Part shown: positions 28,801 to 43,400 of the stretch, piece after piece
Numbering within the stretch: the stretch's first letter is position 1
Layout of the letters: every line of letters starts with the position of its first letter
Notes under the pieces: model-generated
What the model was told of the DNA's origin: nothing
Seen by the model: only the letters and a program-made list of their open reading frames with translations
The model's database searches: none
Position numbers and translations under genes: made by a program
NCBI RefSeq assembly: GCF_009914755.1
Contig: NC_060933.1
Source of the DNA: the human T2T-CHM13v2.0 reference genome, Homo sapiens
Direction: 5' to 3' (one strand)
Length of the DNA: 64,000 nt

Positions 28801-31800
28801 TCCATTCCGTTCCGGATGATTCCATTCCATTCCATTCCATTCCATTCCATTCCATTCCCCTGCAGTCGGGTTGATTCCATTCCATTCCATTCCATTCCAT
28901 TCCATTCCATTCCGTTCCATTCCATTCCATTCCATTCTATTCGGGTTAATTCCATTCCATTCCATTCCATTCCATTCCATTCCATTCCATTCCACTCCAT
29001 TCCAGTCCTTTCCATTCCATTACACTCGGGTTGATTCCATTCTATTCCTTTCCATTCCATTCCATTCCATTGCAATCGAGTTGATTCCATTGCTTTGCAT
29101 TCCATTCCATTCCATTCCATTCCGGATGATTCTATTCCATTGCATTCCGTTCCATTACATTCCCCTGCACTCGGGTTGATTCCATTCCATTCCATTCCAT
29201 TCCATTCCATTCCATTCCATTCCATTCCTTTCCGTTCCATTCCATTCCATTCCTTTCCGTTCCATTCCATTCCATTCCATTCTATTCGCGTTAATTCCAT
29301 TCCATTCCATTCGATTGCAATCGAGTTGATTCCATTCCATTCCATTCCATTCCATTCCATTCCATTCCATTCCATTCCTTTCCATTCCATTACGGATGAT
29401 TCTATTCCATTGCATTCCATTCCATTCCATTCTCCTGTACTCGGGTTGATTCCATTCCATTCCATTCCAATCCATGCCATTCCACTCGTGTTGATTCCAT
29501 TCTTTCCTTTCCATTCAAGTTGAATCCATTCCATTGCATTCCATTCCATTCGATTCCATTCGATTGCACTCGGGTTGATTCCATTCCATTGCATTCCATT
29601 CCATTCCATTCCATTCCATTCCATTCCGTTCCATTCCATTTCATTACATTCAGATTGATTCTATTCAATTCCCTTACACTCCATTATATTCCAATCCATT
29701 CTGGTTGTTTCCATTCCATTCCATTCCATTTCACTCCATTCCTTTGCACTCGGGTTGATTCCATTCCATTCCATTCCATTCCATTCCGGATGATTCCATT
29801 CCATTGCATTCCATTCCATTCCATTCCCCTGCACTCGGGTTGATTCCATTCCAGTCCATTACATTACATTCCGTTCCATTACATTCCATGCCATTCGGAT
29901 TGATTCTATTCAATTCCCTTACACTTCATTACATTCCATGCCATTCGGGTAGTTTCCATTCCATTCCATTCCTTTCCTCTCTATTCCATTGCACTCGGGT
30001 TGATTCCATTCCATTCCATTCCATTCCATTCCATTCCATTCCATTCCTTTCCATTCCATTCCATTGTACTCGTGTTGATTCCATTCCATTGCATTCCATT
30101 CAATTCCATTCCATTCCATTCCGTTCCATTCCATTCCATTACATTCGGATTGATTCTATTCAACTCCCTTACTCTCCATTACATTCCATTCCATTCGGGT
30201 TGTTCCATTCCATTCCATTCCATTCCAATCCATTCCATTGCACTCGGGTTGGTTCCATTCCATTCCATTCCATTCCATTCCATTCCATTCCATTCGATTC
30301 CATTCCATTCGATTCCATTCCATTCCAATTCTTTCCATTCCATTCTATTCTGTACCATTCCATTCCATTCCATACAATTCCATTCCATTCCATTCCATTC
30401 CATTCCATTCCATTCCATTCGGTTCCGTTCCGTTCCGTTCCGTTCCATACCATTCCATTCCATTGTATTCGGGTTAATTCCATTCTATTCCATTCCATTC
30501 CATTCCATTCCATTCCATTCCATTCCATTCTATTCCATTTCATTGCAATCGAGTTGAATCCATTGCATTCCATTCCATTCCATTCCATTCCTTTCCATTC
30601 CATTACGGATGATTCCATTCCATTGCATTCCATTCCATTCCATTCCCGTGCACTCGGGTTGAATCCATTCCATTCCACTCCATTCCGTTCCATTCCATTC
30701 CATTCCATTCCATTCCATTCCATTCCATTCCATTGTATTCGGGTTAATTCCATTCCATTCCGTTCCATTCCATTCCATTCCATTCCATTACAATCGAGTT
30801 GATTCCATTCCATTCCATTCCATTCCATTTCAGTCCTTTCCATTCCATTCCACTCGGGTTGATTCCAATCTAATCTATTAGTTTCCATTCCATTCCATTC
30901 CCTTCCATTCCACTCTGGTTGATTCAATTCCTTTCCATTCCACTCGAATACATTCTCTCCTATTCCCCTCGGAACGATTCCATTCCATTCCATTCCATTC
31001 CATTGCATTCCATTCCATTCCGTTCCATTCCATTCCATTACATTCGGATTGATACTATTCAATTCCCTTACACTCCATTACATTCCATTCCATTCGGGTA
31101 GTTTCCATTCCATTCCATTCCATTCCTCTCCATTCCATTACACTCGGGTTGATACCATTCCATTGCATTCCATTCCATTCCCTTCCATTCCATTCCGTTC
31201 CATTCCATTCCATTACATTCGGATTGATTCTATTCAACTCCCTTACTCTCCATTACATTCCATTCCATTCGGGTTGTTCCATTTCATTCCATTCCATTCC
31301 ACTCCATTCCATTGCACTCGGGTTGATTCCATTCCATTCCATTCCATTCCATTCCATTCCATTCCATTCCGGATGATTCCATTCCATTACATTCCGTTCC
31401 ATTACATTCCCCTGCACTCGGGTTGATTCCATTCCATTCCATTCCATTCCATTCGATTCCATTCCATTCCAATTCTTTCCATTCCATTCTATTCCGTACC
31501 ATTCCATTCCATTCCATACAATTCCATTCCATTCCATTCCATTCCGTTCCGTTCCGTTCCGTTCCGTTCCGTTCCGTTCCGTTCCTTTCCATTCCATTCC
31601 ATTCCATTCTATTCGGGTTAATTCCATTCCATTCCATTCCATTCCATTCTATTGCATTCCATTGCAATCGAGTTGAATCCATTGCATTCCATTCCATTCC
31701 ATTCCGGAAGATTTCATTCCATTGCATTCCATTCCATTCCATTCCCCTGCACTCGCGTTGATTCCATTCCATTCCATTCCATTCCATTCCGATCCGTTCC

Positions 31801-34490
31801 ATTCCACTCCATTCCATTCCATTCCATTCCATTCCGTTCCGTTCCATTCCATTCCATTCCATTCCATTCTATTCGGGTTAATTCCATTCCATTCCATTCG
31901 ATTGCAATCGAGTTGATTCCATTCAATTCCATTCCATTCCATTCCATTCCATTCCATTCCATTCCATTCCATTCCTTTCCATTACATTACGTATGATTCC
32001 ATTCCATTTCATTCCATTCCATTCCATTCCCCTCTACTCGGGTTGATTCCATTCCATTCCATTCCAATCCATGCCATTCCACTCGTGTTGATTCCATTCT
32101 TTCCATTCCATTCTAGTTGAATCCATTCCATTGCATTCCATTTCATTCGATTCCATTCGATTCCATTCGATTGCACTCGGGTTGATTCCATGGCATTGCA
32201 TTCCATTCCATTCCATTCCATTCCTTTCCATTCCATTCCATTCCATTCGGATTCATTCTATTCAATTCCCTTACACTCCATTCCATTCCATTCCATTCGG
32301 GTAGTTTCCATTCCATTCCATTCCATTCCTCTCCATTCCATTGCACTCGGGTTGATTCCATTCCATTCCATTCCATTCCATTCCATTCCATTCCATTCCA
32401 TTCCATTCTATTCCGGTTAATTCCATTCCATTACATTCGATTCCATTCCATTCCCTTCCATTCCATTGCAATCGAGTTGATTCCATTCCATTCCATTCCA
32501 TTCCGTTCCGGATGATTCCATTCCATTCCATTCCATTCCATTCCATTCCATTCCCCTGCAGTCGGGTTGATTCCATTCCATTCCATTCCATTCCATTCCA
32601 TTCCATTCCGTTCCATTCCATTCCATTCCATTCTATTCGGGTTAATTCCATTCCATTCCATTCCATTCCATTCCATTCCATTCCATTCCACTCCATTCCA
32701 GTCCTTTCCATTCCATTACACTCGGGTTGATTCCATTCTATTCCTTTCCATTCCATTCCATTCCATTGCAATCGAGTTGATTCCATTGCTTTGCATTCCA
32801 TTCCATTCCATTCCATTCCGGATGATTCTATTCCATTGCATTCCGTTCCATTACATTCCCCTGCACTCGGGTTGATTCCATTCCATTCCATTCCATTCCA
32901 TTCCATTCCATTCCATTCCATTCCTTTCCGTTCCATTCCATTCCATTCCTTTCCGTTCCATTCCATTCCATTCCATTCTATTCGCGTTAATTCCATTCCA
33001 TTCCATTCGATTGCAATCGAGTTGATTCCATTCCATTCCATTCCATTCCATTCCATTCCATTCCATTCCATTCCTTTCCATTCCATTACGGATGATTCTA
33101 TTCCATTGCATTCCATTCCATTCCATTCTCCTGTACTCGGGTTGATTCCATTCCATTCCATTCCGTTCCATTCCATTCCATTCCATTCGATTGCAATCGA
33201 GTTGATTCCATTCCATTCCATTCCATTCCATTCCATTCCTTTCCATTCCATTACGGATGATTCTATTCCATTGCATTCCATTCCATTCCATTCTCCTGTA
33301 CTCGGGTTGATTCCATTCCATTCCATTCCAATCCATGCCATTCCACTCGTGTTGATTCCATTCTTTCCTTTCCATTCAAGTTGAATCCATTCCATTGCAT
33401 TCCATTCCATTCGATTCAATTCGATTGCACTCGGGTTGATTCCATTCCATTGCATTCCATTCCATTCCATTCCATTCCATTCCATTCCATTCCATTCCGT
33501 TCCATTCCATTTCATTACATTCAGATTGATTCTATTCAATTCCCTTACACTCCATTATATTCCAATCCATTCTGGTTGTTTCCATTCCATTCCATTCCAT
33601 TTCACTCCATTCCTTTGCACTCGGGTTGATTCCATTCCATTCCATTCCATTCCATTCCGGATGATTCCATTCCATTGCATTCCATTCCATTCCATTCCCC
33701 TGCACTGGGGTTGATTCCATTCCAGTCCATTACATTACATTCCGTTCCATTACATTCCATGCCATTCGGATTGATTCTATTCAATTCCCTTACACTTCAT
33801 TACATTCCATGCCATTCGGGTAGTTTCCATTCCATTCCATTCCTTTCCTCTCTATTCCATTGCACTCGGGTTGATTCCATTCCATTCCATTCCATTCCAT
33901 TCCATTCCATTCCTTTCCATTCCATTCCATTGTACTCGGGTTGATTCCATTCCATTGCATTCCATTCAATTCCATTCCATTCCATTCCGTTCCATTCCAT
34001 TCCATTACATTCGGATTGATTCTATTCAACTCCCTTACTCTCCATTACATTCCATTCCATTCGGGTTGTTCCATTCCATTCCATTGCATTCCAATCCATT
34101 CCATTGCACTCGGGTTGGTTCCATTCCATTCCATTCCATTCCATTCCATTCCATTCCATTCGATTCCATTCCATTCGATTCCATTCCATTGCAATTCTTT
34201 CCATTCCATTCTATTCTGTACCATTCCATTCCATTCCATACAATTCCATTCCATTCCATTGCATTCCATTCCATTCCATTCCATTCGGTTCCGTTCCGTT
34301 CCGTTCCGTTCCATACCATTCCATTCCATTCTATTCGGGTTAATTCCATTCCATTCCATTCCATTCCATTCCATTCCATTCTATTCCATTTCATTGCAAT
34401 CGAGTTGAATCCATTGCATTCCATTCCATTCCATTCCATTCCTTTCCATTCCATTACGGATGATTCCATTCCATTGCATTACATTCCATT
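25897..34490 (+). repeat. Tandem duplication of a ~4.7 kb unit (X-Y-Z / X-Z); second copy lacks ~1.0 kb segment Y
   Basis: Rare variants recur at offset ~4700-4710 (cccgtgcactc 25935/30645; ccaatctaatc ~26160/30866; identical ORF translations at 26214/30919). After the gap the offset is ~3696 (ORFs 28721/32417 and 28871/32567 identical). Confidence 0.88.
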
Positions 34491-37400
34491 CCATTCCCCT
34501 GTACTCGGGTTGATTCCATTCCATTCCATTCCATTCCATTCTATTCCATTCCATTCCATTCCATTCTGGCAGATTCCATTCCATTTCATTCCATTCCATT
34601 CCATTCCCCTGCACTCGCGTTGATTCCTTTCCATTCCATTCCATTCCGTTCCGTTCTGTTCCATTCCATTCCATTCCGTTCCGTTCCGTTCCGTTCCGTT
34701 CCATTCCATTCCATTCCATTCTACTCGGGTTAATTCCATTCCATTCCATTCCATTCCATTCCATTCCAATCGAGTTGATTCCATTCCATTCCATTCCATT
34801 CCATTCCATTCCATTCCACTCCATTCCAGTCCTTTCCATTCCATTCCACTCGGGTTGATTCCAATGTATTCCTTTCCATTCCATTCCATTCCATTGCAAT
34901 CGAGTTGATTCCATTGCTTTGCATTCCATTCCATTCCATTCCATTCCGGATGATTGCATTCCATTGCATTCCATTCCATTCCATTCCCCTGCCCTCGGGT
35001 TGATTCCATTGCATTCCACTCCATTCCGTTCCATTCCATTCCATTCCATTGTATTCGGGTTAATTCCATTCCATTCCATTCCATTCCATTCCATTCCATT
35101 CCAGTCCTTTCCATTCCATTCCACTCGGGTTGATTCCATTCTATTAGTTTCCATTCCATTCCATTCCCTTTCATTCCACTCTGGTTGATTCCATTCCTTT
35201 CCATTCCACTCGAATACATTCCCTCCTATTCCCTCGGAACAATTCCATTCCATTCCATTGCATTCTATTCCATTCCATACCATTTCGTTCCATTCCATTC
35301 TATTCCGTATCATTCCATTCCATTCCATTCCATTCCATTCCATTCCTTTGTACTCCGGTTGATTCCATTCCATTGCATTCCATTCCATTCCATTCCATTC
35401 CATTGCGTTGCATTCCATTCCATTACATTCGGATTGATTCTATTCAACTCCCTTACTCTCCATTACATTCCATTCCATTCGGGTTGTTCCATTCCATTCC
35501 ATTCCATTACACTCCATTCCATTGCACTCGGGTTGATTCCATTCCATTCCATTCCATTCCATTCCATTCCGGATGATTCCATTCCATTGCATTCCGTTCC
35601 ATTACATTCCCCTGCACTCGCGTTGATTCCATTCCATTCCATTCCATTCCATTCAATTTCATTCCATTACAATTCGTTCCATTCCATTCTATTCCGTACC
35701 ATTCCATTCCATTCCATTCCAATCGAGTTGATTCCATTCCATTCCATTCCATTCCATTCCACTCCATTGCAGTCCTTTCCATTCCATTCCACTCGGGTTG
35801 ATTCCAATGTATTCCTTTCCATTCCATTCCATTCCATTGCATTCCGTTCCATTACATTCCCCTGCACTCGCGTTGATTCCATTCCATTCCATTAAATTCC
35901 ATTCCATTACAATTCGTTCCATTCCATTCTATTCCGTACCATTCCATTCCATTCCATTCCAATCGAGTTGATTGCATTCCATTCCATTCCATTCCATTCC
36001 ACTCCATTCCAGTCCTTTCCTTTCCATTCCACTCGGGGTGATTCCAATGTATTCCTTTCCATTCCATTCCATTCCATTGCAATCGAGTTGATTCCATTGC
36101 TTTGCATTCCATTCCATTCCATTCCATTCCGGATGATTCCATTCCATTGCATTCCATTCAATTCCATTCCCCTGCAATCTGGTTGATTCCATTCCATTGC
36201 ACTCCTTTCCGTACCATTCCATTCCATTCCATTCCATTGTATTCGGGTTAATTCCATTCCATTTCATTCCATTCCATTCCATTCCATTGCAATCGAGTTG
36301 ATTCCATTCCATTTCATTCCATTCCATTCCATTACATTCCATTCCAATCGTGTTGATTCCATTCCATTTCATTCCATTCCATTCCATTCTATTCCATTCC
36401 AGTCCTTTCCATTCCATTCCACTCGGGTTGATTCCATTCTATTAGTTTCCATTCCATTCCATTCCCTTCCATTCCACTCTGGTTGATTCCATTCCTTTCC
36501 ATTCCACTCGAATACATTCCCTCCTATTCTACTCGGAACGATTCCATTCCATTCCATTCCATTCCATTCCATTCCATTCCATTCCATTCCATTCCATTTC
36601 GTTCCATTCCATTCTGTTTCGTATCATTCCATTCCATTCCATTCCATTCCCTTCCATTCCATTCCATTACATTCCACTCGTGTTGATTCCATTCCTTTCC
36701 ATTCCATTCGGTTTGAAGGCATTCCATTCCATTCCATTCCATTCCATTCCATTCCATTCCATTGTACTCGGGTTGATTCCATTCCATTGCATTCCATTCC
36801 ATTCCAATCCGTTGCATTCCATTCCATTACATTCGGATTGATTCTATTCAACTCCCTTACTCTCCATTACATTCCATTCCATTCGGGTTGTTCCATTCCA
36901 TTCCATTCCATTCCACTCCATTCCATTGCACTCGGGTTGATTGCATTCCATTCCATTCCATTCCATTCCATTCCGGATGATTCCGTTCCATTGCATTCCG
37001 TTCCATTACATTCCCCTGCACTCGCGTTGATTCCATTCCATTCCATTCCATTCCATTCCATTCCATTCCGTTCCGTTCCATTCCGTTCCATTGCATTCCA
37101 TTCCATTCTATTCGGGTTAATTCCATTCCATTCCATTCGATTGCAATCGAGTTGATTCCATTCCATTCCATTCCATTCCGTTCCGTTCCATTCCATTCCA
37201 TTCCATTCTATTCGGGTTAATTCGATTCCATTCCTTTCCATTCCATTCCATTCCATTCCAATCGAGTTGATTCCATTCCATTCCATTCCATTCCATTCCA
37301 CTCCATTCCAGTCCTTTCCATTCCATTACACTCGGGTTGATTCCGTTCTATTCCTTTCCATTCCATTCCATTCCATTGCAATCGAGTTGATTCCATTGCT

Positions 37401-40400
37401 TTGCATTCCATTCCATTCCATTCCATTCCGGATGATTCCATTCCATTGCGTTCCATTCCATTCCATTCCCCTGCACTCGGGTTGATTCCATTCCATTCCA
37501 CTCCATTCCGTTCCATTCTAGTCCATTCCATTGTATTCGGGTTAATTCCATTCCATTCCATTCCATTCCATTCCATTACAATGTAGTTGATTCCATTCAA
37601 TTCCATTCCATTCAATTCCATTCCAGTCCTTTCCATTCCATTCCACTCGGGTTGATTCCATTCTATTAGTTTCCATTCCATTCCATTCCCTTCCATTCCA
37701 ATCTGGTTGATTCCATTCCTTTCCATTCCACTCGAATACATTCCCTCCTATTCCACTCAGAACGATTCCATTCCATTCCATTCCATTCCATTCCATTCCA
37801 TTCCATTCCATTCCAGTTCGTTCCATTCCATTCTATTCCGTACCATTCTATTCCATTCCATTCCTTTCCATTCCATTCCATTCCACTCGTGGTGATTCCA
37901 TTCCTTTCCATTCCATTCGGTTTGAAGGCATTCCATTCCATTCCATTCCATTCCATTCCATTCCCTTCCATTCCATTCCATTCCATTCCATTGTACTCGA
38001 GTTGATTCCATTCCATTGCATTCAATTCCATTCCATTCCATTCCATTGTACTCGAGTTGATTCCATTCCATTGCATTCCATTCCATTCCATTCCATTCCA
38101 TTCCGTTGCATTCCATTCCATTACATTCGGATTGATTCTATTCAACTCCCTTACTCTCCATTACATTCCATTCCATTCGGGTTGTTCCATTCCATTCCAT
38201 TCCATTCCACTCCATTCCATTGCACTCGGGTTGATTCCATTCCATTCCATTCCATTCCATTCCATTCCATTCCGCGTGATTCCATTCCATTGCATTCCGT
38301 TCCATTACATTCCCCTGCACTCGCGTTGTTTCCATTCCATTCCATTCCATTCAATTCCATTCCATTGCAATTCGTTCCATTCCATTCTATTCCGTACCAT
38401 TCCATTCCATTACATACCATTCCATTCCATTCCATTCCATTCCGTTCCGTTCTGTTCCTTTCCATTCCATTCCATTCTATTCGGATTAATTCCATTCCAT
38501 TCCATTCCATTCCATTCTATTCCATTCCATTGCAATCGAGTTGAATCCATTGCATTTCATTCCATTCCATTCCATTCCATTCCATTCCGGAAGTTTCCAT
38601 TCCATTGCATTCCATTCCATTCCATTCCCCTGCACTCGCGTTGATTCCATTCCATTCCATTCCATTCCATTCCATTCCGTTCCGTTCAATTCCATTCCAT
38701 TCCATTCCATTCCCCTGCACTCGCGTTGATTCCATTCCATTCCATTCCATTCCATTCCATTCCGTTCCGTTCAATTCCATTCCATTCCATTCCATTCCAT
38801 TCCATTCCATTCCGTTCCATTCCATTCCATTCCATTCCATTCTATTCGGGTTAATTCCATTCCATTCCATTCGATTGCAATCGAGTTGATTCCATTCCAT
38901 TCCATTCCATTCCATTCCATTCCATTCCATTCCATTTCATTCCATTCCATTCTATTCCGTACCATTCTATTCCATCCCATTCCATTCCGTTCCATTCCAT
39001 GCCATTACACTCGGGTTGAATCCATTCCTTTCCATTCCATTCTTGTTGAATCCATTCCATTCCAGTCCATTCCATTCGAATCCATTCCATTGCACTCGGG
39101 TTGATTCCATTCCATTCCATTCCATTCCAGTCCTTTCCATTCCATTCCACTCGGGTTGATTCCATTCTATTAGTTTCCATTCCATTCCATTCTCTTCCAT
39201 TCCACTCTGGGTGATTCCATTCCTTTCCATTCCACTCGAATACATTCCCTCCTATTCCACTCGGAACGATTCCATTCCATTCCATTCCATTCCATTCCAT
39301 TCCATTCCATTCCATTCCATTCCATTTCGTTCCATTACATTCTATTCCGTATCATTCCATTGCATTCCATTCCATTCCATTCCATTCCATTCCACTCGTG
39401 TTGATTCCATTCCTTTCCATTCCATTCGGTTTGAAGGCATTCCATTCCATTCCATTCCATTCCATTCCATTCCATTGTACTCGGGTTGATTCCATTCCAT
39501 TGCATTCCATCCCATTCCATTCCATTCCAATCCGTTGCATTGCATTCCATTACATTCGGATTGATTCTATTCAACTCCCTTACTCTCCATTACATTCCAT
39601 TCCATTCGGGTTGTTCCATTTCATTCCATTCCATTCCACTCCATTCCATTGCACTCGGGTTGATTCCATTCCTTTCCATTCCATTCCATTCCATTCCGGA
39701 TGATTCCATTCCATTGCATTCCGTTCCATTACATTCCCCTGCACTCGCGTTGATTCCATTCCATTCCATTCCATTCCATTCCATTCCATGCCATTACAAT
39801 TCGTTCCATTCCATTCTATTCCGTACCATTCCATTCCATTCCATACCATTCCATTCCATTCCATTCCATTCCATTCCATTCCATTCCATTTCGTTCCATT
39901 CCGTTCCATTCCATTCCATTCCATTCTATTCGGGTTAATTCCATTCCATTCCATTCCATTCCATTCCATTCCATTCTATTCCATTTCATTGCAATCGAGT
40001 TGAATCCATTGCATTCCATTCCATTCCATTCCATTCCTTTCCATTCCATTACGGATGATTCCATTCCATTGCATTACATTCCATTCCATTCCCCTGTACT
40101 CGGGTTGATTCCATTCCATTCCATTCCATTCCATTCTATTCCATTCCATTCCATTCCATTCTGGCAGATTCCATTCCATTTCATTCCATTCCATTCCATT
40201 CCCCTGCACTCGCGTTGATTCCTTTCCATTCCATTCCATTCCGTTCCGTTCTGTTCCATTCCATTCCATTCCGTTCCGTTCCGTTCCGTTCCGTTCCATT
40301 CCATTCCATTCCATTCTACTCGGGTTAATTCCATTCCATTCCATTCCATTCCATTCCATTCCAATCGAGTTGATTCCATTCCATTCCATTCCATTCCATT

Positions 40401-43400
40401 CCATTCCATTCCACTCCATTCCAGTCCTTTCCATTCCATTCCACTCGGGTTGATTCCAATGTATTCCTTTCCATTCCATTCCATTCCATTGCAATCGAGT
40501 TGATTCCATTGCTTTGCATTCCATTCCATTCCATTCCATTCCGGATGATTGCATTCCATTGCATTCCATTCCATTCCATTCCCCTGCCCTCGGGTTGATT
40601 CCATTGCATTCCACTCCATTCCGTTCCATTCCATTCCATTCCATTGTATTCGGGTTAATTCCATTCCATTCCATTCCATTCCATTCCATTCCATTCCAGT
40701 CCTTTCCATTCCATTCCACTCGGGTTGATTCCATTCTATTAGTTTCCATTCCATTCCATTCCCTTTCATTCCACTCTGGTTGATTCCATTCCTTTCCATT
40801 CCACTCGAATACATTCCCTCCTATTCCCTCGGAACAATTCCATTCCATTCCATTGCATTCTATTCCATTCCATACCATTTCGTTCCATTCCATTCTATTC
40901 CGTATCATTCCATTCCATTCCATTCCATTCCATTCCATTCCATTCCTTTGTACTCCGGTTGATTCCATTCCATTGCATTCCATTCCATTCCATTCCATTC
41001 CATTGCGTTGCATTCCATTCCATTACATTCGGATTGATTCTATTCAACTCCCTTACTCTCCATTACATTCCATTCCATTCGGGTTGTTCCATTCCATTCC
41101 ATTCCATTACACTCCATTCCATTGCACTCGGGTTGATTCCATTCCATTCCATTCCATTCCATTCCATTCCGGATGATTCCATTCCATTGCATTCCGTTCC
41201 ATTACATTCCCCTGCACTCGCGTTGATTCCATTCCATTCCATTCCATTCCATTCAATTTCATTCCATTACAATTCGTTCCATTCCATTCTATTCCGTACC
41301 ATTCCATTCCATTCCATTCCAATCGAGTTGATTCCATTCCATTCCATTCCATTCCATTCCACTCCATTGCAGTCCTTTCCATTCCATTCCACTCGGGTTG
41401 ATTCCAATGTATTCCTTTCCATTCCATTCCATTCCATTGCATTCCGTTCCATTACATTCCCCTGCACTCGCGTTGATTCCATTCCATTCCATTAAATTCC
41501 ATTCCATTACAATTCGTTCCATTCCATTCTATTCCGTACCATTCCATTCCATTCCATTCCAATCGAGTTGATTGCATTCCATTCCATTCCATTCCATTCC
41601 ACTCCATTCCAGTCCTTTCCTTTCCATTCCACTCGGGGTGATTCCAATGTATTCCTTTCCATTCCATTCCATTCCATTGCAATCGAGTTGATTCCATTGC
41701 TTTGCATTCCATTCCATTCCATTCCATTCCGGATGATTCCATTCCATTGCATTCCATTCAATTCCATTCCCCTGCAATCTGGTTGATTCCATTCCATTGC
41801 ACTCCTTTCCGTACCATTCCATTCCATTCCATTCCATTGTATTCGGGTTAATTCCATTCCATTTCATTCCATTCCATTCCATTCCATTGCAATCGAGTTG
41901 ATTCCATTCCATTTCATTCCATTCCATTCCATTACATTCCATTCCAATCGTGTTGATTCCATTCCATTTCATTCCATTCCATTCCATTCTATTCCATTCC
42001 AGTCCTTTCCATTCCATTCCACTCGGGTTGATTCCATTCTATTAGTTTCCATTCCATTCCATTCCCTTCCATTCCACTCTGGTTGATTCCATTCCTTTCC
42101 ATTCCACTCGAATACATTCCCTCCTATTCTACTCGGAACGATTCCATTCCATTCCATTCCATTCCATTCCATTCCATTCCATTCCATTCCATTCCATTTC
42201 GTTCCATTCCATTCTGTTTCGTATCATTCCATTCCATTCCATTCCATTCCCTTCCATTCCATTCCATTACATTCCACTCGTGTTGATTCCATTCCTTTCC
42301 ATTCCATTCGGTTTGAAGGCATTCCATTCCATTCCATTCCATTCCATTCCATTCCATTGTACTCGGGTTGATTCCATTCCATTGCATTCCATTCCATTCC
42401 AATCCGTTGCATTCCATTCCATTACATTCGGATTGATTCTATTCAACTCCCTTACTCTCCATTACATTCCATTCCATTCGGGTTGTTCCATTCCATTCCA
42501 TTCCATTCCACTCCATTCCATTGCACTCGGGTTGATTGCATTCCATTCCATTCCATTCCATTCCATTCCATTCCATTCCGGATGATTCCGTTCCATTGCA
42601 TTCCGTTCCATTACATTCCCCTGCACTCGCGTTGATTCCATTCCATTCCATTCCATTCCATTCCATTCCATTCCATTCCGTTCCGTTCCATTCCGTTCCA
42701 TTGCATTCCATTCCATTCTATTCGGGTTAATTCCATTCCATTCCATTCGATTGCAATCGAGTTGATTCCATTCCATTCCATTCCATTCCGTTCCGTTCCA
42801 TTCCATTCCATTCCATTCTATTCGGGTTAATTCGATTCCATTCCTTTCCATTCCATTCCATTCCATTCCAATCGAGTTGATTCCATTCCATTCCATTCCA
42901 TTCCATTCCACTCCATTCCAGTCCTTTCCATTCCATTACACTCGGGTTGATTCCGTTCTATTCCTTTCCATTCCATTCCATTCCATTGCAATCGAGTTGA
43001 TTCCATTGCTTTGCATTCCATTCCATTCCATTCCATTCCGGATGATTCCATTCCATTGCGTTCCATTCCATTCCATTCCCCTGCACTCGGGTTGATTCCA
43101 TTCCATTCCACTCCATTCCGTTCCATTCTAGTCCATTCCATTGTATTCGGGTTAATTCCATTCCATTCCATTCCATTCCATTCCATTACAATGTAGTTGA
43201 TTCCATTCAATTCCATTCCATTCAATTCCATTCCAGTCCTTTCCATTCCATTCCACTCGGGTTGATTCCATTCTATTAGTTTCCATTCCATTCCATTCCC
43301 TTCCATTCCAATCTGGTTGATTCCATTCCTTTCCATTCCACTCGAATACATTCCCTCCTATTCCACTCAGAACGATTCCATTCCATTCCATTCCATTCCA

